Positions 12,546-26,746 are shown, counted from the stretch's first letter. The stretch: 64,000 nucleotides of DNA from Paraspadella gotoi (GCA_051294375.1 CM119267.1:16669637-16733636), one strand, 5' to 3'. Numbers and translations are program-made. Notes: a model not told the origin generated them from the sequence alone.

Positions 12546-13970
12546 TCGACCTTGTTGTCGTTATAGCCCGCGTGTGAGAGGAATAGTAGCGAAGGCGACG
12601 AATGTTGTCATTGTTTTTGAAAATATGCGGCAGGGACGACGACGACGACGACGACGATGACGACCAAGATGAAATTGTCCTCAAACTAGTCATTGGTTTT
12701 ATTACAAAATACAGATCATATCCAGAATTCTTAATAAGCATATTGACCAAGCTTTAGTACTGATCAAAAATTCGACAAAACAAAGAACGAGTGAGTATCG
12801 TTCCGGGGAATATATTTTCCTTTTCTTTCTCATATTTTCTCTCTCTCTCTCTTTCACTCTCTCTCCCCCCGTCTTTTCTTTGATCTCTCTCGTCTACTGC
12901 CTATAAATCCTAAATGAAACAAAAATCCGATGTCAAAATCAGAGAACCGATGGGCTCAGAGTCTCAGACCCCCACAAAAAGAAAAAAAACAAAATGGCGG
13001 CACAAAAAGAAAAATAAAGAAATAAAGATAAAAACTCCCGTTGTCTTTTTATTTTTATATTTTTTCTTTCGCTTTTGCACGAATTACTAATTCCCCCGCG
13101 CTTTAATTTTACGATCTTTTTCTTCCATTGTTCGGTCTTTAAAGGCGAAGCCGGCAAAGCCTCCCGCCCTTCCTTCGCTTCGATTTCATGGAGACATAAA
13201 ACGCCATTTCGTTTTTGCTCTATTTCTATGGTGCGGACGAGCGCATTCTCCAGTCGATTGCCGCATGCGTCGATCGCGATTTAAATTTGCGGCAGAACTT
13301 TGCTGACGAAGCGAGTTTAAAAAAAATCCGGGCGAATGAAACTCGTTCGATTTTAATTTTGAAACGAAGCGGGCCATCGAATCCGTGTTAAATTCTTTCG
13401 CAACGCTGATTTTTTTTTTTTTTTTTTTTTTTTTTCTGTGGCCTTTCGTCGGCGATGTCATTGCTGTCGTTTGCTTGTTGTTTTTTTTTATCTCTCCCTC
13501 CAACATCTCGACGCACGACGCCCATCGCCCCTCCCTCAAACATCCCCCGCCCCTCTCCACCATCTCATCTCCCTTCCACTGGACGTGGGGTCCGACTGAT
13601 TACTACGGAACAATCGGAACCCATCCATTCCTCGGCCTCTTTTTTATATCGATCGTTAAGTCGGCCCCTCGAGAGGGCATTTATCAAAAGGCCTCGGGTC
13701 AGTCCTTGACGGAGTTTATTGGGTCCTGGACGACGCGGTATGAATGATATGTCCGGGCGGAGGCGGAGGCGCAGGCGGAGGCGGAAGCGAAGGCGGAGTC
13801 GTTGGGCTGGATGCGGAAGCGAATGCGCATGTGGAGTCGGAAATTGAACCGAAAGTGGAAACGAAGGAGATTGTGAGATTGACTTTAGAATCGAAAACTG
13901 CAACATTAAAGGGTCAATAAGGTCATCTTCCGGGAGTCTTCAAATAGAAAAAAAAACTAGATCGGTTCAT

Positions 13971-14193
13971 CCAATGTGTTGCGACGCAGTGATATGACAT
14001 GACATGAAATGATATGACTAAAAAACTTTTTTAGCCCGTGTATTTATGATATGCACTTCATTGAAGGCGGCGCTAGCAGTCCCTTAGATTTGAATTATAT
14101 GCATTTTTAACATAAGTGGGTCAGACTGACGGACAGTCCGACCAAAAGTGACTTATTGAGTTGCTCCGCGAGTGCTCGCGGCGCAACTAAAAA
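13971..14193 (-). mobile_element. Helentron-associated (DINE-1/HINE-like) non-autonomous element, internally deleted copy
   Basis: Reverse-complement homolog of 49730-50070. Starts TTTTAGTTGC, has the hairpin CCGCGAGCACTCGCGG, GTCY-type short repeats, and shared blocks ACTGCTAGCGCCGCCTT, CATAAATACACGG and GCAACACATT. Confidence 0.6.
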
Positions 14194-14570
14194 TGGAAAT
14201 ATCATTTACCCCATCACTTGTCCGGGACTATCTGCAATTCTTTATTTATTTTAGTCTCTTCAGGAACTGAAAATCATAATTGTTTAAAAAAAAATCGTTG
14301 TACTTCAATATGTAAATCAGAAGCTCGGAAGCTCTTGTTCTACTCTTTTTCCTCTGACTAGTGGCTTTTATTTGAGTTCTTCAAATTTCTGGAAGCAGAT
14401 TTTGATTTTTACAATACTGCTATTTTTTTGGTACATACATATTAGTTAATACATAATCTGTAACTTTCTAAATTAAAAGGAATGTGTCGCCAAAGTAAAT
14501 GGAAATTCGTTGATCGTTCATCAAATCCGATTTGCGAGATCCACACAATCAATCTTTTCAAGTCTCTCAC

Positions 14571-14751
14571 CCTTGGTCGTCGTCTTCGTCGTCGTCCTCG
14601 TCGCGCCTCGATCCTTCTAAACCGGAAGTGGGCGCGTCGATGCACGTGTCGTTCGTTGGCGTCGAAGCGGACGCCGCCGGCGTCGCTGTGGCGGCGGAGG
14701 GTGCGGCGGCGTCGGCGGCGGAGATGCCGATGACCTTCGATGAAGACGAAT
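14571..14751 (-). CDS. Internal coding exon A of an uncharacterised spliced minus-strand gene (xSSSSKVIGISAADAAAPSAATATPAASASTPTNDTCIDAPTSGLEGSRRDEDDDEDDDQG)
   Basis: Acceptor tttgtttgctttttag|AT and donor CAAGG|gtgaga. 181 nt, phase 1 in and phase 2 out, stop-free, GC-rich against AT-rich introns. Joins exon B in frame (GG|A = Gly). Confidence 0.75.
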
Positions 14752-15084
14752 CTAAAAAGCAAACAAATGAACAAAGGAATTAGATTTCAAATTCACTGGC
14801 GTGGATTTAAAGAGAAAAATGGCCCGCTTATGATAATCCATTGATTTTCTTTCTCTCTCTCTCTCTCTGTTTTTTATTTAATTTCGAGGAATATCGATTT
14901 TTTCTTGCATCTGGTTAATTCTCGACGGCCTCCTTTCGCTTATGATTATTAATAAAAAAAAAAAGAGACGAAGAAAAGAACAAAGAATTATTCTCGAGCT
15001 CAAACAAAAATGAGGGGGGCGGGGAGATTTTCTTCGATTCACGAGACTCATTAATGGCGCTCATCAATCAAAAAAGGAGTAAGA

Positions 15085-15153
<69 letters not shown>

Positions 15154-16767
15154 AGAGAGAGAGAGAAAAACAAAAAAAAAACGCGATTTGCATAAACGCG
15201 TTCGATCAAGGTTGAACGAGATTAGCTCTCCTCCGTAATTATTCTTCGCTCGCTCACCACCCTCCCTTTTCTTTTTATTCCCTTGGCAGAGCTTTTATTC
15301 TTTCCGCCATTGGGTGTGACAGTGGGAGCGACATTCGTTTCACCTTTGTGAATTCTTTGGATGTCATATAGCCAAAATTTGACCTTTCTTTGACACAATT
15401 TTTAACAACCTTTTTCAGTTAATTCTGTTCCTTTACCCATAAAATCGATTCTGGCTTCGGAAGTTCAGAAACGAAGTGTTCGCAACAAAAACAACAAAGG
15501 TCATCATATCGAGAGCAAACACTTTTTAATATGTTTAATCCTGTTGACGTTAACGCCGCTCTCCTGCCGGGATAGTTTTTTTTCTTTATTTCACTTTTCA
15601 AAAAAAATTCCCTTTTAACTTCTAACGAGTACAAATGGTTGCCATTTCCAACGTTCCCCCCAAACCTCATCTTGTCCCAACCCCTTTCCATCTTTCTCTC
15701 CGTTGCCACTCCCAATTTCCTACATCATAGTTTCCACTCCAATTTTCCCTCTCCATCCATTGTGATCCCCTTCCCCCTTCCCCGACCCTTCTCTCTTTCC
15801 TTTCCCCCACCGCCGGTTCCATCTCTTCCTTCGGGGCCGCCGCTTCCTTTGATCCCCCAGGGCGCGCCGTCGCTTATTGAAACTCATTTCTTTTTAATTT
15901 CCACTTGATACTTATTTTTTTCTTTTTTTTTCTTTTAAAGTAGATTCTACAAAGTATTTTTTCTACTTTATTTTTGTTGCCTTTCAAGCTTGTTAGTTCT
16001 TAGATATGATACATAATTACTTCGGATTTAATCTTGTTAAGGAGTCACGCTTGTATTGGTTTTGAAAGTTTACTTTTACACCCTCAGAGCGATAGAAAGA
16101 CGCGACAACAGAGACGTTAACACTGAACAACAGTGAACATTGGTCGATTGGTTGAAACAAAAGAATGAAGAAAGATTTAAAATTTATCCGAGAATAACAA
16201 TCCTGAGCGTTAAGCCGACGAGAAAAGACAAACAAACAATAGAATTAAAAAACAAAGGCTAGAAATAAAAAAAAAAGAAAACAGAAAATTAAAGAAAAAA
16301 AAACCAAAAGAAGAAAAAAGTCTAAGATTAAGAAGAAAGAGAATTTTCTCTGCCTGAAACAAACTTTGGAGCCAAATGAGACTCGAGAATGAAAGAGTAA
16401 CGAGGCGGCGAAAGAGGCTGAGAGTCGGTTGAGTGGGTGAATGAGTGGGTGAGGCGGGTGAGTCGGTGAAAGGGTGAGCGAGAAGACTGAGACGGGGAAG
16501 CTAGTGAGTAGGTGATAGGGTCAATGAGGATGTGATCGAGCATTATAGCTATAGAGATTTAGCGGGTGAATACGATGAATATGTTGAATGCGAAGCGGAA
16601 AGAAAAATGAAGGAGAAACCGCGGTTGATAAGAATGAAGGAGAAGATGAAAGTGACTAGGGTAAGGTTTCCACGATCCGACGCTTAGATAAATATTTTCT
16701 TAACCCATAAACCGAAGGGATTCTTACTTATCTCATTCATATTCCTTTTATTTTTAATCTTTATATT

Positions 16768-16975
16768 TCCTTTCCTTTCCTTTTCATTTCTTTCCTTTCT
16801 TTTCCTTTCCTTTCCATTCCTTTCCTTTTCTTTCCATTCCTTTCAATTCCTTTCCTTTCTTTTCTTTTCTTTTCTTTTCTTTTCTTTTCTTTTCTTTTCT
16901 TTTCTTTTCTTTTCTTTTCTTTTCTTTTCTTTTCTTTTCTTTTCTTTTTCTTTCCTTTCCTTTCCTTTCCTTTTT
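16768..16975. repeat. (TTTCC/TTTTC)n pentanucleotide microsatellite
   Basis: Read directly. Confidence 0.95.
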
Positions 16976-17100
16976 TACTCCTATAATACTTTTGACTTCC
17001 GCTCTACCCATCTTCCCATCGAAAGCTCCGCTCCTATTCCCATTACCCAATCTCTCCACAAACCGCTCCTCTTCCTCCAACCCCTACCCCTTTCCCTTAC

Positions 17101-17187
17101 CCTCTCTCCCTTCCCCGACCGCGAAAAAAGAAACCCGGAGAACCTTCTCTTCCCCCCCCCGAAAGCGGACTCTCTCGATGACATTAA
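17101..17187 (-). CDS. Possible upstream exon of the minus-strand gene (xNVIERVRFRGGEEKVLRVSFFAVGEGRE)
   Basis: Acceptor ttcgctgtag|TT and donor GAGG|gtaagg. 87 nt, phase 1 to 1, compatible with exon A. No homology support. Confidence 0.25.
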
Positions 17188-17943
17188 CTACAGCGAAAGA
17201 ACCGACGTAATTTACGATGTAGAGGCGGGATTCGGGGTTTGGTTTCGTGGGGGCGGCGGAGGGGTGAGGGGGTAGTTGGAAGGGATTAACGATGGGGAGG
17301 CCGAGCTAGACGAAAGGGGCGGAGGGAAGCGTGGGTTCGCAGGGAAGAAATAAAAAAAAACACTTGAAGACGAGAGAAAATAGCGAAAGAGTATCTCGTC
17401 GACGGTTGGGTTGAGGTTGAAGGGGAGTCTTAGAGTGGAAACAGCGTTGGTAGGGTTATCGCTCGTCAAAATCTTAGCGTCGATGATGGAAGGGGTGAGC
17501 GGGTCATTTTCTCAGCAATGGGAAGACCCTTTTTTTCTACGGTGCGTGCGAACTGACCGAGGTAGATGGAGGATCGTACATTTGTTCATACGTTGATAGG
17601 AGATAAAAAATTTTGCATGGAATCAATGCAACGAATGTAATAATTATCCATTCGTTTGATAAAAGAATGTGATATGCGTGGTGAGAACTTTGAATAACCG
17701 GTTTGGTCGTAGCTGTGAGGTGAGAAAAAAGAGGAAAGAGAGAGGTAAGTTGCGAATTCACACCCTTCGTACCTCCACTGTGATACTGAGGTGATGAACG
17801 ATTAGGAAGATGTGGTAAGGATATTCTCACGTGATGAGAAGATGTGAACGTGGTGAGGAACGAGGAGAATGCTACCGCGGAAAAGAAAAAATATTTGCGG
17901 GTGATAACATCTTCGAGCGGAGGTAGGAAAGGAGGAGGGGAGA

Positions 17944-18030
<87 letters not shown>

Positions 18031-18175
18031 CCCTTCGTCAAAACCTCCTCTTCCTCTTCTTCGCCAATGTTGTTTTCCAGTCCAACGAACGGAAGAAACT
18101 TTACGATCGGTTTATTTTTTACAGTTGTTACAAACTCTTTTGGAAATTTTTCTCTTTCTCTCTCTCCCTCTCTCT

Positions 18176-18249
<74 letters not shown>

Positions 18250-18583
18250 CTCTCTTCGTTCTTTCTTTTTGAAGACATGAAAATGGAGATTCGAAAAAGT
18301 GACTCTAGATCGAAATGTTAGTTTCGATTGTACTAGTTTATACATGTTTATTTGTTTGTAATGAAATAAAAAATCATTATTAGTGAGCGATGAATGAATA
18401 AACATTTGTTAAATTGTCGAATTTTATTTGTAACCTAAACTTAATATAGTCTGCTAAAAACATGGAAACAAATTTTAAACAGAAAAAAAAATTTGCCATG
18501 AGGCATAACTATTTTTTCGGCGAAAAACTAAAAAAATGAGAAAGGGAGTGAGGGAGAGAGAGAGAGAGAGAGAGATGCACGAG

Positions 18584-18635
<52 letters not shown>

Positions 18636-18682
18636 ACCGAGAGTCACGAGGTACGAGAATGAGAGAGGTACGCAGAGAGCAG

Positions 18683-18713
<31 letters not shown>

Positions 18714-19721
18714 TTTTCGCTTTTCTTTCCTCCGTTTTTTCCCCTAATTGTTTGTGCGTGTGGAAAGAGTTTAACCAAATTTAATGGACATGCATTTTTC
18801 CATTTATTATTTCCCAACTTTTTTCCAAAATTCAGTCGCTTTTTACTAATTTTCTTGTTGTTTTTCTCTTCCTGACGTTTTTCCCTAGAATAGTCTCAAA
18901 AATTTTCGGTAGATTATTTCAAGATACTTTTCGGTTTTCGCTATCACTTACCCTCTTATAACTTTCCTCTTTCCCTCATTCCTTCCCCTATATTTAAGCT
19001 ATCTTTCTCTCATCTCTCTCGCCCCGACCTCTGTTCTCAGTTCCACGGCCTTTTGAGTTATTCAGTAACGCGATCGAAAAAGAGGACAGAAGGATAAAGG
19101 ATTTAAAAGAAGGGGGGGCGGTCAATAGAAGAAGAAGAAGCGGAAGGAGAGGTAAATAAAAGAAAGAAGTTGACTCTTTTCCGAGAAGGAGAGGAAAGTA
19201 AAAAAAAGGGAAAAAAAGAAATGGAGGAACTCGATTGTTTATGAGATTTTTTTTTCCGAGAAATTCTTTTACCTCGAAGAAACTAATGGATTCCATTCAA
19301 CTCTTTGAGAATTTTCTTTCGCTAATATTCTTTTTCGCTCGACAAATTGTTAATCCTCTCTCTTTTTTATTCCGTTACTTTTTTTTAGTCTTAATGTCAC
19401 GACATGACCGTCTTTCTTTTACCTTTTTGTTTTTGTTTTTTTTTTCAATCATTAGCGTTAAAAATATCTGTTTACATTTTATATTTTGACTTACAATATT
19501 TTTTATTTGTTTACAATAAAAGTTTTAAACGTTGCATGTCTTCAAAATTTTTATTCCTCAATAGAAATTTCCAAAAAAGAAAATCATAGTTGACATCCAA
19601 ATTTCATCTATTGTTCGATCCACATATATGAACCCTCGAAAATCATGAGTAAAACACGGCCAACGCCCTATTTAAAAATCTGCACAAACCAGGAAGCATC
19701 TAATTGGAATCTTGGTTCCAT

Positions 19722-19756
<35 letters not shown>

Positions 19757-20491
19757 TTCCTCTCTCACTCTCTATTTCCCCATCGCGTCTTCATTATTTG
19801 CGCCGGCTAATTCTTTCTCCCAGTTCCTCTTTCCTTTTTATTGTCTATAATTACCTAAGCCGGGTTTTTGTTCATTAATTTTTCCTCCTCTTTCTCTTCT
19901 TTTTTATTTTTTAATCCTCATCGCTAATTCCTTTTCTTTTTTTTTTCTTTTTTTTTTTTGCTTCTTCGCCGATTATTTTTATTATTTAAACTCGATTTTC
20001 TTTTTCTTTTCTGTTTTTTTTTCTTTGTTTGATGTTTTGGTTTGTCGATATTTTAATCTTGTTGGTCTTTGTAAATAAATATGAGGTTTCCGGTTGTAAC
20101 TTGATGTCAACCTGAAAACAAAAACTTATTTCTACGAATTTTAACTGTAAAACCGGATTTATTCCCTCAGAACCACGTAATATCCGCAATTTGTGCCAAC
20201 GGAGAAAAAAAAGATCTCGGGATTTGGCACAAAATTCGAAAGAAACTTTTCTGCCTTTTTATCTCGATTTCTGTTTTGGTCGGTGGCTCCTTTCCAATCT
20301 TTGTATCTTATTACCAGCGATTTATATGTATATATATAGTATATACGTACTCGACGAGAGTCTTAATTTGTCTTGAAATATTTTTCTCAATCACCGGCGC
20401 TGATCCTCAAAATTTTTTTTTGCAATTTTTCCAAAACTATTTCCTTCAATTAATTTTTCGGAATTTGAGGTTGGCTTTTGAGAGAGAGAGC

Positions 20492-20535
<44 letters not shown>

Positions 20536-21494
20536 TCGTCGATTTCGTCGCCTTTTTTTCGTCGTCGTCGTCGTCGCCGTCGTCGTCCCCGCCGCCCTCA
20601 AAAACCACTTAAGCTTCGTCTCCTCTACGTCAATTTGTAAACAGAAGTTAATCAGACCAGGGGCTCAGAGCACAATAGAAAAAAACATCAAGTCGATTAA
20701 AAAAGAAACTCTTTCTTTCTCCGTCTCCTCCTCTCTCTCTCTCATCTCTCCTTCTCTCTCTCTCTCTCTCGTCTTCTCCTCCTCTTCCTCTCTCTCTCTC
20801 TCTCTCTCCTCTTCTCTCTCTCACTTCTCCTCTCACGCGCGTGCATGTTTTATCTTTTTTTTTTTTTTCTGTGTGCCGCGAGACAGATTTTTCGAATTCG
20901 ATCTTATCGGGTGGTCTTAATCTCGAAAAAGGAATCGTACAGGGAAAACACACAAAAACGAAAACTTTTCTTACTTTCGAATCCGGAAAGAAAGAAAGAA
21001 AAAATTCCCTCCCATTTTTCCTTCTTCCAACAATGGCTGGCAGGCAAGCAAGGAGGGCGGGCGAGCAAGCAGTTTTCCAGACTTTGAAACAAGGGGGGGG
21101 CAAAAGTCTCGACGGAATAAGGGGTCGGTGGAAATGGTAAGTCTGGGAATTGTTTTGCCTGAAGGGGTAAGTGGATAGAAATGTCAAAAGTAAGGGTTAT
21201 GAAGAAGAAGTAAGTTCTGAATAGGGTGAGGCATCTTTTGGTTGCCGAATATTGAGAACGACGAGGACGACGACGATGACGACGATGACGACGACGACGA
21301 CGACGAAAAAAACCAAATAACTGCATGACAACCTTGAATGCACTGACCGCAAAAAAGGGAGAACCTCGGAAAAGAATATCTTTCTTGTCGTTTTGAAGAG
21401 ATTTTGACGATTTTCAGGTTTTGACGGATTAGATCGAGGAAAATGAATCGGAGACTCGGAAGTTCATGAATAACGAGAGGTTAATCGCTGTTAA

Positions 21495-21581
<87 letters not shown>

Positions 21582-21582
21582 A
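21495..21582. repeat. Perfect (GAC)n microsatellite
   Basis: Read directly. Confidence 0.95.
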
Positions 21583-22267
21583 TAATCGTTGATCAACAGG
21601 ATTTGGAATCGAATTCGACGAACCGTTAGCGACCTCTTTGGTCCACTTTCGTTGTCGTCTTCTCGTCGCGATATATTGGTCTTCGTTATTGTATTTGTCT
21701 TCCAATCTTCCGTGGCTTAACAATCGAGACGCCTTCCTTCCAAAAGCGACTTCGGAAACGCCGAGAGCGTCAGAAGCCGCCTTCAATCGCTTCCAGTTTC
21801 TTCGAGTCGCGAGACGTCGAGACGCTTCGAAAGCGATTTTAACCAAATTACTCTTGACTTTTAAAAAGTTTCATTCGTTGGCGTTTGAGGAGACAGCAGC
21901 ATGTTTATATTCTATTTTTAGAATTGGTTAGGAAATTTGTTTTTATAACATTTGATAAATTCGTATAAAATGGTCCCGAGAATATGATCTTCCTTCCTTC
22001 CGAAAGGAGAGCAAAGAGCCAGTGTAGAAATTTAAAATTTAAAAAATCTCGAGAAAAAAAACTCTCTCTCAACGCCGGAGCAAGCAATCGAGAATGATCA
22101 AGCATAATCAAGCTCGTCATAATGAAGTGTGACCCAATTAAGAGAGTCTTCATTAAGATCGTAGGTAATGAAGGGCGTGAAATCGATGGAGGCAGTTTCG
22201 GCGGTGAGTCGCGCTCACAGCGTGAAATTGATTTCTTGTTGGATAAAAAATTCACCGTCATATCTCA

Positions 22268-22369
<102 letters not shown>

Positions 22370-22481
22370 TGTTTGCAACTTGTCGCTCGTGGCAATTTTC
22401 CTTTCCTTTCTCGCGGAGTCTCTAGCGTATTTCAGAGGGGGAAAACCTTTGTCCATAGATTCCACCTTCTTCATATCAATT

Positions 22482-22515
<34 letters not shown>

Positions 22516-22518
22516 TCT

Positions 22519-22566
<48 letters not shown>

Positions 22567-23044
22567 TCTTTACGTTATTGACTCTCTCTTCTTGGGAATT
22601 TTCCCCATCTTTTTCACCTTCCAACTGCTTTTGCGGCGCGCGCTTTCCATTTCTCTATTCTCTTCTTCCTCTTCTTCCACCTCCTCCTCCTCCTCCTCCT
22701 TCTCCTCACCCAATCAAACGCTTCTTCCTTCCCCGGCGTCATTGGAAATTCTTATCCTTTTTCCGATAACAAATCTCGAGTCGATGTCAAAACAATCAGG
22801 AGGACCTCGAAGACTGCGAGACTTTATGTTAGATAACGTTACTTTACATTACGTTGCATTCCGTTTCATTAGACAGTCCTTGCTCGGTACGGCCTGTTGT
22901 AAGTTGGCGCAATTGTTTTCGAGAGATTAAGGCTGCTTCGATTTGATTTCATAATTTACATACTCTTAATTTTATCACTATCGTCACATTATAAGTATTA
23001 TATTATAGCAAGATATAGAAATATAGAAATATTACAGAAATAAT

Positions 23045-23258
23045 ATACAACTTCATTGATAAGGAAGCCAGGTACTCTGGGAATGAATAAACTCGACTGT
23101 GAGAGAGTCTTGATTGAAAGCTTGCAGGGACCTGCTATGTCGTTGTATTGTAAGAGAGATGGAGGACTTACACCACCAAAGCCTGTCCAAAGTCAGGGGC
23201 AAGATAGCTTATTTATTAAATGAATGGATAATTTTTATATTGGTTGTACCAATTTCAT
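23045..23258 (+). mobile_element. 3' fragment of a dispersed coding repeat (probably a 5'-truncated non-LTR retroelement); ORF end ...PAMSLYCKRDGGLTPPKPVQSQGQDSLFIK*
   Basis: About 125 bp shared with 49188-49313. Both end at ggttgtaccaatttca followed by AT-rich sequence. Frame open from about 23045 to TGA at 23221-23223. Confidence 0.5.
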
Positions 23259-24226
23259 TATGATATCAAGGTGGTTAGCTGATTTAAAATAAATTATAAA
23301 AAAATTGATTAGTAATGAACAGACTAAATGAATATGATAAAGTTAGAAAAAATAAATATAAAACACATTAACGTACCTGAATTAACGAAACATACACTAG
23401 GTAATTTTCCTTCGTCATTAACTGAGGTATATATAACTAATTTAACGTGTTAATATTAATTTAAAGATTTTTACAGCTTCTTATAACGCCTCTACAAAGA
23501 CTAAAAGAATTTTTAGCCAGCCGAACTTTAGCGTGTATCGCTTGGATTTCCCCAACGCGGTTTAATAAACATTTCAGTGTTTACTTCTGAATATTTAAAA
23601 GGCATCGACGAAAAGGAGAGAGATGAACGACGCGAGCGGAACATTTTAGAAGCGAGAGAGAGAGAGAGCGAGATGATGGAGATAGAGTCACTTAAGTGAA
23701 TGACGGTGAATGGGTGACAGAGAGAAAATAAATTGTCGGTGGAGGATTAAGGAGAAAATTTGGGTGGCATTTGGTTTGAGAATAGAAAAAGATGACAAAG
23801 AATAATGGAAATGAAGAAATGACAAAGGGAATATTTCCCTGTCAGGTGTGACGTCGGTATTGCGCAAAAAAAAGACCGAACAATCTTTAATGTTTCGAAA
23901 AAAAAACTCTCTGCACCTGTAGATCGAGGAAGTAGAAAAAAGAGAGAGATGAAAAATTGATGAGCTGTCGAAAAAGTGCCGAAATCGATAGGAAGAGAAA
24001 AAAAAACGGTTGTTGTTATTGGCACGGTAGTAGATGCAGAGGGAGTTAATGTTACAGCATCGGCGTTGTTGCAGCAGCAAAAATTGCGGTTGCGGCAGCC
24101 GCAGCATAAATCCGACATCTGTCGAACTGAAAGATAGAGGATTAAAAAAAAAAGAAAAGAGTTGAAGATCCCAACCGACGGACAAAATGACAAATCGGAC
24201 GTACCGACAAACCGACGCACCTGCGT

Positions 24227-24338
<112 letters not shown>

Positions 24339-24593
24339 GGGGAAAAAGAAAATCCGACGGAGGCGAGAGAGACGCTTGTCAACGACGGGCGAACATAGGC
24401 GCCTCGAGACGATGAATGACGAAGAGGCTTAATCGAAAACGAGGCTGAGAAATTGGAAATAAAAGAACAGGACGACTTCGCGTCTGGATGTGGAAAAAAA
24501 AGGAAGATGGCGTCTTTGGAAAGAAGGAGAATTCATGTTTTAAATAGGAATGGCGATTGAGTTCGGTCGACTTCAGACAACATTTCAACTTAC

Positions 24594-24661
24594 AATGTAT
24601 AATGTATAATGTATAATATTGTATAATTGTATAATTGTATAATGTATAATGTATAATATTG
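24594..24661. repeat. (TGTATAA)n heptamer repeat
   Basis: About 9 slightly variable units. Confidence 0.85.
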
Positions 24662-26040
24662 TTAATTTCTAATTTCTATTTCTCCACCGGACTCTACCTC
24701 GATTCGATCAGTGGAAATCGATACCACGATTTCGATGAGAAAATTTTCATCTTTGGCCGCTCGACTAAAAAAAAAAAACCTAATGATATTAACGCGACCG
24801 GCGACGTCGGCGCCAATGGCACCAGCAATCATTCGCGTTTCCGGCGACGACGCAGGTGGATAGAAACCGATTTTTTTTCCCCGCGCGATGGCGCGATGAA
24901 CGTAATGAACTCGGCGTCGGAGAGTTTTTCGCGCAGCGGGGAACATTTTTCTTGGCGTTTCCGCTTTGGCGCCGCGGCGTCGATCCATCCCGGCGTCAGT
25001 CTCCCGGAATCACGACGCCTCATCGCCTCTCGATGTATTCGCCGGCGGAGGATTGTCGGATGGATCGATGGAGCGACGGATTGTTTGAGTCACGACTCGA
25101 GCAGTCACGGGACCTTCCTGGTTTTTCAATAATCATTCAAGAGACGAGAACTTGTAAGTAATTTAGTTGACTTGTATAATGACAATCGCCTGTTCGCTTT
25201 TCTTCTTCCTCGTAATAGAACTTGAGAACAATGTTTTTTTTTTTTTTAAAGTTTTAACGACTGAATTATGAGGGGGAAAAAAGTTTTTAATCTCCAACGA
25301 GGAAATTCTAACGACGGAAAGAGATTAACCGTAAGAAGAGATTAACGACTGAGAGAATAGGCCGTGATTACGCGAAGGAGATAATTATGTAACATGAGAA
25401 ATTACTCAACTCTATTTCAGTACCCGACTTCTTTGTTCGTGTTTTGTTTTCTCAGAAAAACGTTATTCCGTTCTTTGTTTCTCAATTCAAAAACCCCGTT
25501 TTTATACGTCAAGATGTTTTTTCTCCCAAATGTCAAAAATTTTCTTCGGGTTTTCGTACCGAAAATTCGATGGCAGCCGTGTTGAAGGAGGCGTAGTCAG
25601 AGGAGGAGGAGGAGGAGGAGGAGGAGGAGGAAGAGGAGGAGGAGTGATTGGGGACTTAGGATACATACAAGCGGCTGAGAAAGAAAGACGAAGAAGTTGA
25701 TATATATATAAGGGAGTGATATAGAGACAGAAAGGTAAAAAGAGTAAAAAAAAAAATCTAGATATAAAAGAAGAGGAGAAAAGTTGATGATCGCCGACGG
25801 AGAAATGACGCCGACTGAATAAGAAAAATGGAAGTCGGCGTGGAATCATCGTTTTTGGTGAAAAAAAAAAGATTCTTCCGTGAAAAGCGAAATCTGCATT
25901 TGTGAAAAAAGAAAAGAAAGAAAGAAGAGACAAGATTGAAGATTCGCGGATTTCAAATTCCGTCGAGGATCGAGTTGATTATTATGGGAATCGAAAACAA
26001 ACAACGTGGGCGGTTTTTACGTGGTTCGTACTATAACCAT

Positions 26041-26679
26041 TAGGGTGAAGTGAAAGTTTGGAATCAAAATAGGAGTTATATCTTGAAAACTATATAATAG
26101 CGAATATAATAATATATATATAATATAATCTTTAGTTATTTTTCTTTTTTTACAAATATAGTAGCCCAGTCAGTTTATTTTGTATATAGTACTACCCTTA
26201 TATATGTCAAAATTTAAAAATGTTTTTTTTTTAATTATGAGAACAGATTCAGATTCCTTGTTAAAAGTTGATAAAAAAATTATAAATCTTTTTTTAAAGT
26301 TATATCATTAAGTAGGTTAAAATTACAAAAAAAAAATTTTTTAAGCTGGTTATTGAAAATCAGCGTCTTAAATACAGTTTTTTACATTTTTGACCAACTT
26401 TGCTCTGTTTTCTTTTCAGAAAAAAAAAAAAAAAAAAAAAACTTAATGAATGAATTTTTAATCAACTTTTTGTAAAGAATCCAAATCCGATCTTAAAATT
26501 TAAAAATTGGCATTTTGAAATTTTAGCCTATTATATACTTATTAGTTATTACTATAGATGAAAATAGCTCACAGGTGCGCACAAATGTATAAAATTAAAA
26601 AATAAATTGGTTTTTATTTTTATATTTTATATGCTGAATTTTAATTTTTCTAAAATTTTATCATTTTTACTTCACTCTA
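26041..26679. mobile_element. Non-autonomous hAT-like DNA transposon (MITE)
   Basis: TIRs TAGGGTGAAGTGAAA ... TTTTACTTCACTCTA. 8-bp TSD ATAACCAT/ATATCCAT (7/8). AT-rich, internally quasi-palindromic body. Confidence 0.75.
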
Positions 26680-26690
26680 ATATCCATGGT

Positions 26691-26746
<56 letters not shown>

